NCBI GenBank assembly: GCA_035528715.1
Contig: DATKYB010000054.1
Span: 131-64,130, forward strand
Direction: 5' to 3'
Source of the DNA: Nitrospinota bacterium
GTDB lineage: Bacteria; JADFOP01; DATKYB01
DNA length: 64,000 bases
Below the pieces are notes generated by a model. That model was not told where the DNA came from and did not search any database. It was given only the letters and a program-made list of their open reading frames with translations. The translations under genes were made by a program, and so were the position numbers. This document shows positions 29,232 to 39,866 of this stretch, piece by piece; within the stretch, counting starts at the first letter, position 1, and every line of letters begins with the position of its first letter.

Positions 29232-30343
29232 TAAAACCTCAAACTTTTATTAACTTCTTTAGAAATATTTAATAATATCCCAATCCCAATAGAGTTAATG
29301 AGAAGTGATGAACCTCCCAGACTAATAAAAGGAAGGGGTAGTCCTTTTGTAGGCAAGAGCCCAATAACAACTCCTATATTGATAATGACCTGCAGACCTA
29401 TCATCATAATAATTCCAAAAGCCAGATATCTCCCAAAAAAATCAGGACATCTTTTCGCCACAAGGATGCCTCTCCAAAATAAAATAAGGAACAAAACAAT
29501 AATCGCCAGTGCCCCTATAAAACCTAGTTCTTCACCTATTACAGCAAAGATAAAATCTGTATGGGGTTCCGGGAGATAAAACAATTTCTGTCTGCTTTGG
29601 CCCAGACCCAATCCAAAAAAACCTCCCCTACCTAATGCTAAAAAAGATTGTACAATTTGAAATCCAGAATCTAGTGGATCCCCCCAGGGATCTAAAAAGG
29701 CCAGTATTCTTCTTTTTCTATAACTCACAGTAGAAACGGTTACATACAAAAATGGTAATATCATTAAAAAGGAATAAAAGAGATAAGAATAACGAATCCC
29801 TGCGATAATAAAGAGAAAGAATACTACAGCCGCTATCAGAACAGCTGTTCCTAAGTCAGGCTGAAACATAATTAAGACGAAGAAAATCCCTAAAATGAGA
29901 AGGTTGGGGAGGTATCCCATGCTAAAGCTATCGAGGTAATCTTTCTTTTTCACTAATGAGTAAGACATGTAGATTATAAGAACGAGTTTTGCCAATTCTG
30001 AAGGCTGGAATGAAAAATAGCCTAGATTCAACCATCGCTTAGCACCCCCTACCTCTCTACCAAAATGGGGAATTAAAACCAAAACTAATAAAACGATTGA
30101 TACAATGAGAAGAGGATAAATAAATTTTCTTAAAAGATGATAATCAAAATTCATAAAAAAGAGCATAGAAAAGATGCCAAGTATTGCCCACAATATCTCT
30201 TTTTTGAGAAAAAAATAGGGATCATTAAAGTTTTCACTCGCAATAATTGTGCTCGAACTGTAAACCATTACTATGCCGACCTGTAATAGGATAATCGGTA
30301 TAAAAAAGATGATTGGATCAAAAGATCCTACTCTTTCTCCCAC
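29231..30343 (-). CDS. ftsW: Peptidoglycan glycosyltransferase FtsW (SEDS family)
   Basis: Ten-transmembrane SEDS protein; its position between murD and murG identifies it as FtsW. Confidence 0.9.
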   Translation of the reverse strand: MGERVGSFDPIIFFIPIILLQVGIVMVYSSSTIIASENFNDPYFFLKKEILWAILGIFSMLFFMNFDYHLLRKFIYPLLIVSIVLLVLVLIPHFGREVGGAKRWLNLGYFSFQPSELAKLVLIIYMSYSLVKKKDYLDSFSMGYLPNLLILGIFFVLIMFQPDLGTAVLIAAVVFFLFIIAGIRYSYLFYSFLMILPFLYVTVSTVSYRKRRILAFLDPWGDPLDSGFQIVQSFLALGRGGFFGLGLGQSRQKLFYLPEPHTDFIFAVIGEELGFIGALAIIVLFLILFWRGILVAKRCPDFFGRYLAFGIIMMIGLQVIINIGVVIGLLPTKGLPLPFISLGGSSLLINSIGIGILLNISKEVNKSLRF

Positions 30344-31685
30344 GAATCCTCCTTACAATCTCTTTGAATTGGTTACCCCTCTCCTCAAAATCTCTAAACA
30401 TATCAAAGCTTGCACAGGCAGGTGAGAGAAGTACAACATCTCCCGAGACAGCCATTTTAAAACTCTTTTTTACAGCATCCTGTAAATTCTCTACCAAATT
30501 GACCTCGCATTCTCCATTTAAGACCTCTTTTATCTTATCCTTTGCTTCTCCAAATATGATTACGCTTTTAACCTTTCCTTTGATATATCTTTTCAGTGGT
30601 CTATAATCACTTCCTTTATCCTTCCCTCCGGCAATTAATATGATTGGCTCAGAAAAGCTGTTTAATGATTTTATAACAGCTCCAACATTTGTCCCTTTTG
30701 AATCATTGATAAATTTCACCCCATCGATATCTCTAACAAACTCTAACCGATGAGGCAATCCAGAAAAAACTCTGATAGAACGCAACATTTCTTCTCTATT
30801 AAGATTAAGAATGAGTCCTGTAGCAAGAGAGGCCAAGACATTCTCTATATTTCTCCTGCCTAATTCTCCCAGATCTCCTAATTGTCCAATTTTCCTCTTC
30901 TTGTTATTATCATTCCAGAAGATCTCTTCTCTATCTATATATATCCCTCGCTCTGCCATTATCTTTTTGCTAAAAAAAACCACTTTTGACGGAACCTCTG
31001 ATTTCAACCCCATTAATAAGGGATCATCATAATTTAATATTAGATAATCCGATTCTTCTTGATTCATATATAACCTTTTTTTTAATGCTATATATTCCCT
31101 ATAATCTCTATGCCTATCCAGATGATCTGGGGATATATTTAAGATAATCCCAATGAAAGGTTTAAACTCGCTTATTCCCTCTAACTGAAATGTGCTGATC
31201 TCTGCCACGATAAAATCCTTGTCTTTGCTCTCCAGTATTTCTTCTGCCAGGGGATATCCAATATTTCCACCTAAAATAAATTTCTTTTTACATCTTTTTA
31301 GCATTCCCCCAATCAGGCTTGTTGTTGTACTTTTTCCATTGGTTCCTGTGATTGCAATAAAAGGCACAGGAGATAATAAAAAAACCAATTCGATCTCACT
31401 AATTATTCTTAATCCTTTTTCTCTTGCTTTCACTAAAGGGGGTATATCCATTCTTACACCAGGACTAACCACGATAAGATCCGCTTCCAAGAAAAATTTT
31501 TCAGTATGATGATTAAGATCAAGTGCTACATCACCTTTTAATTTAGATATATTCTCCTTTAATTGAAAAGGATCCTTAACATCTGAAACTGTCACCTTGC
31601 ACCCTAGTTCTGTTAAAAGATTAGCTACGGCTACACCTGTTCTTGCCAGTCCTACCACTGTAATCCTCTTTCCTTTTATATTCAA
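30318..31685 (-). CDS. murD: UDP-N-acetylmuramoylalanine--D-glutamate ligase MurD
   Basis: Mur ligase fold with GTNGKSTTT P-loop and an N-terminal Rossmann-like domain (VVGLARTG). Confidence 0.95.
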   Translation of the reverse strand: MNIKGKRITVVGLARTGVAVANLLTELGCKVTVSDVKDPFQLKENISKLKGDVALDLNHHTEKFFLEADLIVVSPGVRMDIPPLVKAREKGLRIISEIELVFLLSPVPFIAITGTNGKSTTTSLIGGMLKRCKKKFILGGNIGYPLAEEILESKDKDFIVAEISTFQLEGISEFKPFIGIILNISPDHLDRHRDYREYIALKKRLYMNQEESDYLILNYDDPLLMGLKSEVPSKVVFFSKKIMAERGIYIDREEIFWNDNNKKRKIGQLGDLGELGRRNIENVLASLATGLILNLNREEMLRSIRVFSGLPHRLEFVRDIDGVKFINDSKGTNVGAVIKSLNSFSEPIILIAGGKDKGSDYRPLKRYIKGKVKSVIIFGEAKDKIKEVLNGECEVNLVENLQDAVKKSFKMAVSGDVVLLSPACASFDMFRDFEERGNQFKEIVRRIRGRKSRIF

Positions 31686-31705
31686 AACCTCTTTGCCTTT
31701 TTAAA

Positions 31706-32791
31706 TTATCTGAGTTTTAATGTGCTCAAACTCAACAAAGCCAACATGATTGCAATAATCCAAAATCTCACAATAACCTTTGGCTCAGCCCATCCTATTT
31801 CTTCAAAATGATGGTGAAGGGGGGCCATCCTGAATACCCGTTTTCCTGTCACCTTGAAATAGAGAACCTGCACAATAACAGAAAGGGTTTCAATAACAAA
31901 TATTCCTCCCACTATGATTAAAACCAACTCATGCTTTGTTATTACCGCTACTGTCCCCAGAGCACCCCCTAAGGCTAATGAACCGACATTACCCATAAAC
32001 ATCTGTGCAGGATATGAGTTAAACCAAAGGAAACCTAAACTCGCTCCTATTATGGAGCCGCAAAATATGGATAGCTCCCCTGCTCCTTTTATATAAGTAA
32101 TATTTAAGTACCCGGCAAATTTAACATGACCTGAAAGATATGATATAAGGACATAAGTAAGAGTAGCTATGATTATAGGTCCAATGGCAAGGCCATCTAA
32201 GCCATCGGTTAAATTGACTGCATTAGATGTTCCAACAATTACAAAAACAGCAAATAGAATATACCACCAACCCAGATCAGGATTAATCTTTTTAAAGAAA
32301 GGTATGAACAATTTTGAAGAAAACGAAGAGGTAGCTGGATCAAGATAGAGAAAAAGGGCAATCCCCAATCCCAGGAGAAATTGAACTAAGAATTTTTCCT
32401 TAACTCTTAGACCATTTTCTCTCCTTTTTATTACTTTTAAATAGTCATCCCAAAAACCTATAAGGCCAAAACCGATGATGGAAATCAAGACAAGCCATGC
32501 ATATTTATTAAGCAAGTCAACCCAAAGAAGAGTTGAAATCACAAGGGAAACAATGATAAGCATTCCTCCCATCGTCGGCGTACCCTCTTTTGATAGATGG
32601 GATGGGGGACCATCACTCCTGATACTTTCCCCAATCTGATATTTCATGAGTTTTTTGATTACAAAAGGGCCTAATAAAAGACTAATCAAAAGGGCCGTTA
32701 AAATAGCATAAGAGGTTCTAAAGGTTATATATTTAAAGACATTTAAAAACGAGATTTTTGCATGTAGAGGATAAAGTAAATGGTATAGCAT
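31706..32791 (-). CDS. mraY: Phospho-N-acetylmuramoyl-pentapeptide transferase MraY
   Basis: Polyprenyl-phosphate N-acetylhexosamine 1-phosphate transferase family motifs ([13 protein letters not shown]; HHHFE). Confidence 0.95.
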   Translation of the reverse strand: MLYHLLYPLHAKISFLNVFKYITFRTSYAILTALLISLLLGPFVIKKLMKYQIGESIRSDGPPSHLSKEGTPTMGGMLIIVSLVISTLLWVDLLNKYAWLVLISIIGFGLIGFWDDYLKVIKRRENGLRVKEKFLVQFLLGLGIALFLYLDPATSSFSSKLFIPFFKKINPDLGWWYILFAVFVIVGTSNAVNLTDGLDGLAIGPIIIATLTYVLISYLSGHVKFAGYLNITYIKGAGELSIFCGSIIGASLGFLWFNSYPAQMFMGNVGSLALGGALGTVAVITKHELVLIIVGGIFVIETLSVIVQVLYFKVTGKRVFRMAPLHHHFEEIGWAEPKVIVRFWIIAIMLALLSLSTLKLR

Positions 32792-34212
32792 TAATAAGCC
32801 TCTCTTGTTTTCTTAAGTTTCTCAATGATCCTTTCCATTTTCATTCTTCGCGATCCCTTTACGAGAAGGATATCCCCGTTTCTTAAGTTCTTGTCTAATA
32901 TATTGAAGGCCTCATCTGCATCTTTACAAAAAAATACATTTTGTTTTTCCATTCCGTTAAGCAAGGCCTCTTTTCCAATAAAGGATGCCATTTCGCCAAC
33001 AACAATCAAAAAATCGATAGATCTTCCAGCAATCATTCTCCCTATCTCTTTGTGAGCATCCATTGAAGCATCGCCTAACTCTAGCATATCCCCAATAGCC
33101 AGAAACGAATGACCGCTTTTGCTAATATTTGAAAGAGTCTCTATGGCTCTTTTCACAGAAGAGGGATTCGCATTGTAGCTATCATTAATGATTCTAATAT
33201 CATGATCCAGATGACATAACTCCATTCGCATGGGAAGCCCTTTAAAAGATTCCAAACCTTTTTTTATGTTTTCTATCTCTATACCACAGACCGATCCTAC
33301 TGCAGCAGCAGATAGTGCATTATAGACATTATAATTTCCAATAAGGGGGAGATGAACCTTAATTTCTTTATCATTAATCATTAATAGAAAGGTGAGACCA
33401 TCTGTACCTAAATCTCTAATGTTTTTTGCTCTTATATCTGAATAGGATTCTATGCCATAGGTCAACAATCTTCCTTTAACCCTTTTTTTCAAATCCATAA
33501 TGAACGGATCATCAGAATTGAGAATGACTGTTCCTTCTTGATCAATAAAATCAACTAACTCTCCCTTTGCCTCTTTTACCCTTTCAAGAGAACCCAAAAA
33601 CTGAAGATGGACACCGCTGATATTTGTCAAAACCCCTATACTCGGTTGAGCAATTTCACAGAGCCTCCTGATTTCTCCTAATCCACTCATTCCCATTTCC
33701 AAAACCGCAATATCATGAGAAGGCTCTAACCTTAAAAGGGTTAAAGGAACACCTATATGATTATTATAATTACCCTCATTCTTCAGCACAGAAAATTTAG
33801 TCTCTAAAATTGAGGCTATCATTTCTTTTGATGTGGTCTTTCCATTACTTCCTGTAACACCTATTAAAGAGACACGGTTTCTTTCCCTATGATATTGAGA
33901 AATCCTTTGCAATGCAGCCAAGGTATCCTTAACAAGAATAATACAAGGCTTATGATAAATTTTTTTATCAGAAAGATTCTCTCCATTACATAACTCTCTT
34001 TTTGATAGCATGGCTCCAAATGCCCCTTTACTCAAGGCCTCACAAACAAAATCATGCCCATCAAAATTGTTTCCCTTAAGGGCAACAAACAAATCTCCAG
34101 GGCTGAGACTTCTTGAATCAATAGAAATATTCTTAAAGCTATGATGCATATTACCTTGAATAACACTACCCCCTGTTATTTCTTTTATCTCTTCTAATGT
34201 GAAACTAACCAT
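32791..34212 (-). CDS. murF: UDP-N-acetylmuramoyl-tripeptide--D-alanyl-D-alanine ligase MurF
   Basis: Mur ligase fold, [11 protein letters not shown]-loop; sits between murE and mraY. Confidence 0.95.
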   Translation of the reverse strand: MVSFTLEEIKEITGGSVIQGNMHHSFKNISIDSRSLSPGDLFVALKGNNFDGHDFVCEALSKGAFGAMLSKRELCNGENLSDKKIYHKPCIILVKDTLAALQRISQYHRERNRVSLIGVTGSNGKTTSKEMIASILETKFSVLKNEGNYNNHIGVPLTLLRLEPSHDIAVLEMGMSGLGEIRRLCEIAQPSIGVLTNISGVHLQFLGSLERVKEAKGELVDFIDQEGTVILNSDDPFIMDLKKRVKGRLLTYGIESYSDIRAKNIRDLGTDGLTFLLMINDKEIKVHLPLIGNYNVYNALSAAAVGSVCGIEIENIKKGLESFKGLPMRMELCHLDHDIRIINDSYNANPSSVKRAIETLSNISKSGHSFLAIGDMLELGDASMDAHKEIGRMIAGRSIDFLIVVGEMASFIGKEALLNGMEKQNVFFCKDADEAFNILDKNLRNGDILLVKGSRRMKMERIIEKLKKTREAY

Positions 34213-35707
34213 ATTTCTGCTGTCTTTTTTTAAGCCTTAAAATCTTCCGTACAACCTCTCTATCATCAAATCTTTTCCTTTTATTGCCAATAATCTGATA
34301 AGACTCATGACCTTTACCAGCTATTAATACAAAATCCCCTGGACATGCCAACTTTAATGCTCTCGTAATAGCCTCTTCTCTATCCTTAATTTTTATATAC
34401 TCTCCTTTTTTACCCTTCACACCATCAAATCCCTTTTCAATCTCCTCGATAATTTTCATAGGATCCTCAGTTCTGGGATTATCTGAAGTTATAATGATAA
34501 AATCAGAAAACCTTGCCGCCACCCTTCCCATAAGAGGCCGTTTTAATCTATCTCTATCACCCCCGCAGCCAAATACTAAAATCAATCTCTTTTTTGTTAT
34601 ATTCCTTGCTGATTGAAGGAGATTTTTCAGGGCATCTTCAGTGTGAGCAAAATCTACTGCAACCATAAAATCTTGACCTTCCTCAATCTTTTCAAATCTT
34701 CCAGGAATGACTCTAACCTTCTCAATCCCTTTTTTAATCATCTTTAAATCCATTTCATGACAAATACCTGTTCCTATCGCAGCTAAGATATTATATACAT
34801 TGTGCTGTCCAAGTAGAGGGGATTTAATTTTTATGCGACCTTGAGCTGTTTTTGCTGTAAATGATATTCCTTTCCGGAAACAATATATATCTTCTGCAAT
34901 CACATCAGAACGTTTATTTACACTATAAGTCATTACTCTCCCGGGAAAGTTTTCTAAAAGTCTTTTTGAATAGGGATCGTCTATATTGATGATTCCGATT
35001 TTAATGGGATATTCTCTAAAAAGTTTTGCTTTTGCCTCAAAATAGATGTCTTGGTTCTTATGAAAATCAAGGTGGTCTTGCCCCAAATTAGTAAAAATTG
35101 CTGTGTGGAACTCACACCCCACTAATCTCTGTAATTCTAAGGAGTGTGAGGAGGCTTCTAAGATGCAGTAGTCGACATCATTATCAACCATATCTCTTAA
35201 TAAATACTGAAGATCAAGAGATTCTGGTGTAGTTTGAGGCGCTGGTAAGATGCAGTTATTATAACGATAAGATATTGTTCCTATAACCCCAACCTTGAAG
35301 CCATCATTTCTTAAAATAGAATCAATAAGATATGAAACTGTGGTTTTCCCGTTTGTACCTGTAACCCCAATTAATCTCAATCTTTTCGAAGGATAATCAT
35401 AAAATTTAGAAGCCGCTAATGCCAGAGCCTTTCTAGAATCAGACACAAGAATATCTGTAATGTTTTTCTTTTTTTTGCTTATCTCTTCATCAGGTATATC
35501 CTTGTCCCTTATTATAGCAATTGCACCATTTGAAATCGCTTCTTTTATATAATCATGACCATCTCTTTTAAATCCGCTGATAGCTATAAAGACTGAATCG
35601 GGTTTCACTTGATTAGAATGATAATATATACCCTTTATCATTCTATTTGTTTTTCCATGAATATTTATAACATTAAGAGATTTTAATAATTCCATAATAT
35701 TAATCAT
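34205..35707 (-). CDS. murE: UDP-N-acetylmuramoyl-L-alanyl-D-glutamate--2,6-diaminopimelate ligase MurE
   Basis: Mur ligase fold, GVTGTNGKTT P-loop, and the DNPR motif that indicates meso-DAP specificity. Confidence 0.95.
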   Translation of the reverse strand: MINIMELLKSLNVINIHGKTNRMIKGIYYHSNQVKPDSVFIAISGFKRDGHDYIKEAISNGAIAIIRDKDIPDEEISKKKKNITDILVSDSRKALALAASKFYDYPSKRLRLIGVTGTNGKTTVSYLIDSILRNDGFKVGVIGTISYRYNNCILPAPQTTPESLDLQYLLRDMVDNDVDYCILEASSHSLELQRLVGCEFHTAIFTNLGQDHLDFHKNQDIYFEAKAKLFREYPIKIGIINIDDPYSKRLLENFPGRVMTYSVNKRSDVIAEDIYCFRKGISFTAKTAQGRIKIKSPLLGQHNVYNILAAIGTGICHEMDLKMIKKGIEKVRVIPGRFEKIEEGQDFMVAVDFAHTEDALKNLLQSARNITKKRLILVFGCGGDRDRLKRPLMGRVAARFSDFIIITSDNPRTEDPMKIIEEIEKGFDGVKGKKGEYIKIKDREEAITRALKLACPGDFVLIAGKGHESYQIIGNKRKRFDDREVVRKILRLKKRQQKYG

Positions 35708-35714
35708 AAAATAA

Positions 35715-37586
35715 TTAAGTAGATTCTTTATCTTTTTCTAACTGGTAAACAACTTTTTCTTTTCCAAGATTTAAATAGGTTGTAAGGATTGTCATAATCT
35801 TATTTGAAATATTAGAAAAAAATCCATTTTCTAAAGAACTTTCTATCTCATTCTTATCCTTTTTAATCCTATTATCATATTTTACATAGAGCATATTTTC
35901 ATTTTGAGGAATCATTAAATATCTTAATACTTGTTGAGCTACCCTACTGAAGACGGGAGCTGCTACCTTACCTCCCCAAAAGATATCTTTTGGTTCATCA
36001 ATAATTACCAGAACTACAATTTTAGGCTCCTCAGCTGGAACAAACCCCACAAAAGACGCCAAGTATTTATCTTTAGAATAGGCTTTTTGTATAGGATCAA
36101 ACTTTTGCGCTGTTCCTGTTTTTCCAGCAACGCTAAATCCTTTTACTGCGGCTAAATTACCCGTTCCGTTATTAACAGCACCTTTTAAGATTTTACTCAT
36201 TATTTTACTTGTTCGATAAGATATCACCCTTCTTATCTCTTTTCGCTGAGTCTCTTTTATAATCTTATTTTTATAAGACACCGCTTTTAAAATTCTTGGT
36301 TTAACTAAAACGCCCCCATTAGCAATTAGAGATACAGCATTGATTAATTGTATAGGGGTTATAAGGATTTCCTGGCCGATGGAAATTGCTCCAATAGATA
36401 CATTAGACCAATCTTTTGGAGCTCTAATAAGCCCTGGAATTTCTCCTGGAAGACCAATGCCTGTTTTATCTCCAAAACCAAATTTTCTGATGTAATCATA
36501 AAAACTTACTTTTCCCAGTCTCTGGCTTGTTTTTATTGCCCCTATATTGCTAGATTTCTGAATGATCTCCTCAAAGCGCAACCATCCATATTCCTGATGA
36601 TCACGAATTGTTAATCCTCCTAGCTCTATCTTTCCATTTTCACAAAAAATCAGTTCTTCTGAATTAACTTTATTTTCCTCTAATGCTGCAGCTGCAGCTA
36701 TGATTTTAAAAGTAGAACCTGGCTCATAACCAGTTGTTATTGCTCTATTTCGCCATATAAACTGGTCGTATTTCACAAAGATATTTGGATTAAAACCCGG
36801 GGTCTCCGACAATGCCAAAATTTCTCCTGAATAAGGATCCATGATAATAATGATACCCCTTTTGGCATCGGTCTCTATCACCTGCCTCTTCAGCTCTTTT
36901 TCTGCTATATATTGAATAACCTCATCAATGGTTAATATCAAATCATAACCTATCAAAGGATATCTTGAATCAATATCCTTAAGATATAGATTTCTTCCTA
37001 AAGCATCCCTTTCAATAAGAACCTGCCTCGATTCTCCTCTTAAGCTATCATCATGTAAATATTCTAATCCTTCTAATCCTTTATTATCAGTCCCTACAAA
37101 ACCTATTACATGACCTGCTAGACCACGTTTAGGATAAAATCTTTTATACTCTTTTATAAAGCCAGCACCTTTTATATTAAATTCCTTAATTTTCTTAGCT
37201 TTCTCAGGTTCTATTTTTCTCTTGACCCAAACAAAATTTTTCTTTTCTTTCAAGCTCTTCAGAATCTCACTTTTTTTAATATTAATCACCTTTGATAACT
37301 TCTGAATTGTCTCTTTAGGATTATCTATTTCTTTAGGATTTAAATAAATAGAATCTAACTCGATACTTACTGCTAATTCTTTCATATTACGATCATATAT
37401 AGTCCCCCTTTTAGGCTCCAATAAAAGAAATCTTTGATACTGATCTTTAGCCTTTGAGAAAAATTCATCATGCTTAAGAACCTGAATATAATATAATTTA
37501 ACAGCTAATGTTAAAAAACATACAGTTATCAATAGAGAAAAAAATATAATTCGCTTATTCAATTTATCCTCAATATGTTTCAACAT
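35715..37586 (-). CDS. ftsI: Peptidoglycan D,D-transpeptidase FtsI (class B penicillin-binding protein)
   Basis: N-terminal transmembrane helix and PBP dimer domain. Transpeptidase motifs STFK (GSTFKI), SSN (KSSNIG) and KTG (AGKTGTA). Confidence 0.95.
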   Translation of the reverse strand: MLKHIEDKLNKRIIFFSLLITVCFLTLAVKLYYIQVLKHDEFFSKAKDQYQRFLLLEPKRGTIYDRNMKELAVSIELDSIYLNPKEIDNPKETIQKLSKVINIKKSEILKSLKEKKNFVWVKRKIEPEKAKKIKEFNIKGAGFIKEYKRFYPKRGLAGHVIGFVGTDNKGLEGLEYLHDDSLRGESRQVLIERDALGRNLYLKDIDSRYPLIGYDLILTIDEVIQYIAEKELKRQVIETDAKRGIIIIMDPYSGEILALSETPGFNPNIFVKYDQFIWRNRAITTGYEPGSTFKIIAAAAALEENKVNSEELIFCENGKIELGGLTIRDHQEYGWLRFEEIIQKSSNIGAIKTSQRLGKVSFYDYIRKFGFGDKTGIGLPGEIPGLIRAPKDWSNVSIGAISIGQEILITPIQLINAVSLIANGGVLVKPRILKAVSYKNKIIKETQRKEIRRVISYRTSKIMSKILKGAVNNGTGNLAAVKGFSVAGKTGTAQKFDPIQKAYSKDKYLASFVGFVPAEEPKIVVLVIIDEPKDIFWGGKVAAPVFSRVAQQVLRYLMIPQNENMLYVKYDNRIKKDKNEIESSLENGFFSNISNKIMTILTTYLNLGKEKVVYQLEKDKEST

Positions 37587-37587
37587 T

Positions 37588-37926
37588 TCAATCTTTATCC
37601 TTTAAAAACAAAATCTGTTCTTTCTTTGGGAAGATAAAACCCAGATCCTCAACTGCTAATCTTTCGATTCTATCAAGGGATTTTATACTCGCGATTTCTA
37701 ATCTTAATATTCTATTTTCTTGGAATAGCTTTTCATGTTTGGCTATTAACTCTTGATACTCATAACTAATTTCTATCATCTGATGATGGGGCCACATATA
37801 AAAAAGTGCTCCTACGATAAAAATCAAGATATAAAAAGAAAATAAAGCAGCCTTTCTAAAGTTAATGAGATTTTTTTCTTTACTTAAATTTGGTTTCACG
37901 ATTTTTCCCCTGTTAGCCCTATGCAA
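37588..37926 (-). CDS. ftsL: Cell division protein FtsL
   Basis: Small bitopic protein, transmembrane helix followed by a coiled coil; sits between rsmH and ftsI. Confidence 0.8.
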   Translation of the reverse strand: MHRANRGKIVKPNLSKEKNLINFRKAALFSFYILIFIVGALFYMWPHHQMIEISYEYQELIAKHEKLFQENRILRLEIASIKSLDRIERLAVEDLGFIFPKKEQILFLKDKD

Positions 37927-38857
37927 TTTTTTCAGCCACCCTTAATTTTGCACCTCTTGATCTTGGATTAATCTCTATTTCCTTGAGGGAAGGAACAAGG
38001 GGTTTCTTTGTCAAAATCTCAATCACCTTCTTCTTTCCGCAGATACACTTCGGTATTCTCGGAGAACATGTACATCCTTTTTTATATGAATTAAAAATAT
38101 TTTTTACGATTCTATCCTCTAATGAATGGAAAGATACTACACATAATCTTCCTTTAATTTTAAGAAGTTCTATTGCATCTTTTAGCGCAACTTTTAGAAC
38201 ATCTAATTCTTTATTAACATCTATTCTTAAAGCCTGAAAGGTTTTTGTGGCAGGATGAATGCGTTGTGATTGGTAGGAAAGGGGAATGGCTGATTTAACG
38301 ATCTCAGCCAATTCTTTTGTTGTTCTGATTTCTCTTTTTTCTCTGATATCAACTATCCTCCTTGCAATCCTTTGTGACCATCTTTCTTCTCCATAAAGCC
38401 TCAGTATTTCAATGAGTTCTTTTAAAGAAATATTATTAATTAATGAAAAGGCCGTAATTTCTTGATCAGTGTCCATTCTCATGTCTAATGGACCATTGTA
38501 TTTGAAGCTAAAACCTCTTTCGGGTATTCCTAATTGCCGTGATGAGATGCCTAAATCAAAAAGAATTCCATCTGCCTTCTTGATATTCAGCAAAGAGATG
38601 ATATTCTTAATGTTTTTAAAATCATCTCTTATTATGTGAAATCTTCCCTGAAAAACTCTTAATCGCTTTATAGCTATTTTTATTAAGTCTTTATCTTTAT
38701 CAATGCCTATGAGTATACCTGAAGGGGTGCTCTTTTTTAAAATTTCAAAAGCATGACCTCCTTCTCCCAAAGTACAATCTATAAAAATCTTTCTTGGACC
38801 GCATAAAAGATAATCTAATATCTCATTTAATAAAACTGGGATATGATAATATTTCAT
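37919..38857 (-). CDS. rsmH: 16S rRNA (cytosine1402-N4)-methyltransferase RsmH (MraW)
   Basis: MraW family (HIPVLLNE ... DCTLGEGGH ... FDLGISS). Confidence 0.95.
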   Translation of the reverse strand: MKYYHIPVLLNEILDYLLCGPRKIFIDCTLGEGGHAFEILKKSTPSGILIGIDKDKDLIKIAIKRLRVFQGRFHIIRDDFKNIKNIISLLNIKKADGILFDLGISSRQLGIPERGFSFKYNGPLDMRMDTDQEITAFSLINNISLKELIEILRLYGEERWSQRIARRIVDIREKREIRTTKELAEIVKSAIPLSYQSQRIHPATKTFQALRIDVNKELDVLKVALKDAIELLKIKGRLCVVSFHSLEDRIVKNIFNSYKKGCTCSPRIPKCICGKKKVIEILTKKPLVPSLKEIEINPRSRGAKLRVAEKIA

Positions 38858-38887
38858 TTAACTTTATAATAAAAAAGTTTTTCATAA

Positions 38888-39202
38888 TTAAATAACTTCC
38901 TTTACATTCTCATACCTATCAATTGAGTTATTGAGATCAATTATTTTGATTTCTTTTAAATAGTTTATTAATTTAGGATTTGAAATGTTTTTTAATTTTT
39001 GTAATACCTTTCGTATCCTTACAGATTCCTTCTGGATGAGATCAAGTCTTTGAACAGTCTTTTTATCTAGCTTTTCCTCATTGAATATATGGGTTAAATT
39101 CAACAGTATGACTGAAATAGGCTTCTCCAATCTTTGATTTATCATGTTTGTCATCTCATTTAAAATGATTGGGAATTCATTTTTAAACTTTTCTCTTATC
39201 AT
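38888..39202 (-). CDS. Hypothetical 104-aa protein inserted between mraZ and rsmH; degenerate DHp-like paralogue of the ORF at 19862..20146
   Basis: Aligns with the stand-alone DHp ORF (INQRLEKPIS vs INNPLNTIS; both end ...KIIDL) but has N/M where the phospho-accepting His sits. No other recognisable domain. Confidence 0.5.
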   Translation of the reverse strand: MIREKFKNEFPIILNEMTNMINQRLEKPISVILLNLTHIFNEEKLDKKTVQRLDLIQKESVRIRKVLQKLKNISNPKLINYLKEIKIIDLNNSIDRYENVKEVI

Positions 39203-39230
39203 TGTAAAAAATACTTTAACTTTTTTAAAA

Positions 39231-39671
39231 TTAAAAACCTAACTCGGACAAACCCTCAGCTATATCTTCAAATTTCTCCTTAGATTCTTCAAAAAAAGAA
39301 TCCCACATATTTTTGCTCCAGATCTCCATCTTATTAAGTATGCCTATAATCACAGCTTCGGCATCTAAAGAGATCGATTCTCTTAGATAAGAAGGAATTA
39401 AAATTCTTCCTTGTTTGTCTGTGCTGCATTCTGCAGCACCTGAATAGAGAAGTCTCATAAATGTTCTCACATCTTTTTTCATTGTAGGTAGAGACTTTGT
39501 CTTTTCTTCAAGGATCAGCCATTCTTCTGTTGGGTATGCTACAATACAATTATCAAAATTTATTAATATTAAACGATTACTATATTTTGAGTTCAATATC
39601 TCTCTAAATTTTGCAGGAATATTAAGCCTTCCTTTTTTGTCTAAATTTACATAATATGTACCGATAAACAT
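39231..39671 (-). CDS. mraZ: Transcriptional regulator MraZ
   Basis: Two MraZ repeats, each with a DxxxR-type motif (NLDKKGRLNIP; STDKQGRILIP). First gene of the dcw cluster. Confidence 0.95.
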   Translation of the reverse strand: MFIGTYYVNLDKKGRLNIPAKFREILNSKYSNRLILINFDNCIVAYPTEEWLILEEKTKSLPTMKKDVRTFMRLLYSGAAECSTDKQGRILIPSYLRESISLDAEAVIIGILNKMEIWSKNMWDSFFEESKEKFEDIAEGLSELGF

Positions 39672-39678
39672 AGTTTTT

Positions 39679-39705
39679 TACCCACTTTAACCCACTTTTA
39701 CCCAC
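39679..39705 (-). promoter_or_regulatory. Candidate MraZ operator: three GTGGG direct repeats with 5-nt spacers (GTGGGTAAAAGTGGGTTAAAGTGGGTAAAA, minus strand), ending 8 nt before the mraZ ATG
   Basis: Matches the direct-repeat, 10-bp-periodicity architecture described for MraZ binding in E. coli. Lies downstream of a TTGACA-N17-TATATT promoter. Confidence 0.6.
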
Positions 39706-39715
39706 ATATAATGAA

Positions 39716-39744
39716 AATATATAGAATAGACGACTCTTTGTCAA
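39716..39744 (-). promoter_or_regulatory. Sigma70-type promoter TTGACA-N17-TATATT driving mraZ and the dcw cluster
   Basis: Exact -35 hexamer, 17-nt spacer and TATATT -10 on the minus strand, 45-70 nt upstream of the mraZ ATG. Confidence 0.5.
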
Positions 39745-39866
39745 GTAAATAAATCTTTATTTTTCTTTTTTTAAGGCTTAAAACTAAGAAATTGAAAGCT
39801 TTTAATGAGGATTAGAAAGGAATGAATAAGATAAGAATTAATTGGAAAAGAAATTAGAAAAATATA

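Noticed and set aside
39679-39705. Considered that the TTACCCAC tandem repeats were a short tandem-repeat or microsatellite, or telomere-like noise
   Set aside because: The exact 10-bp phasing of GTGGG on the mraZ-coding strand directly upstream of mraZ fits the known MraZ operator architecture. It was kept as a regulatory feature instead.
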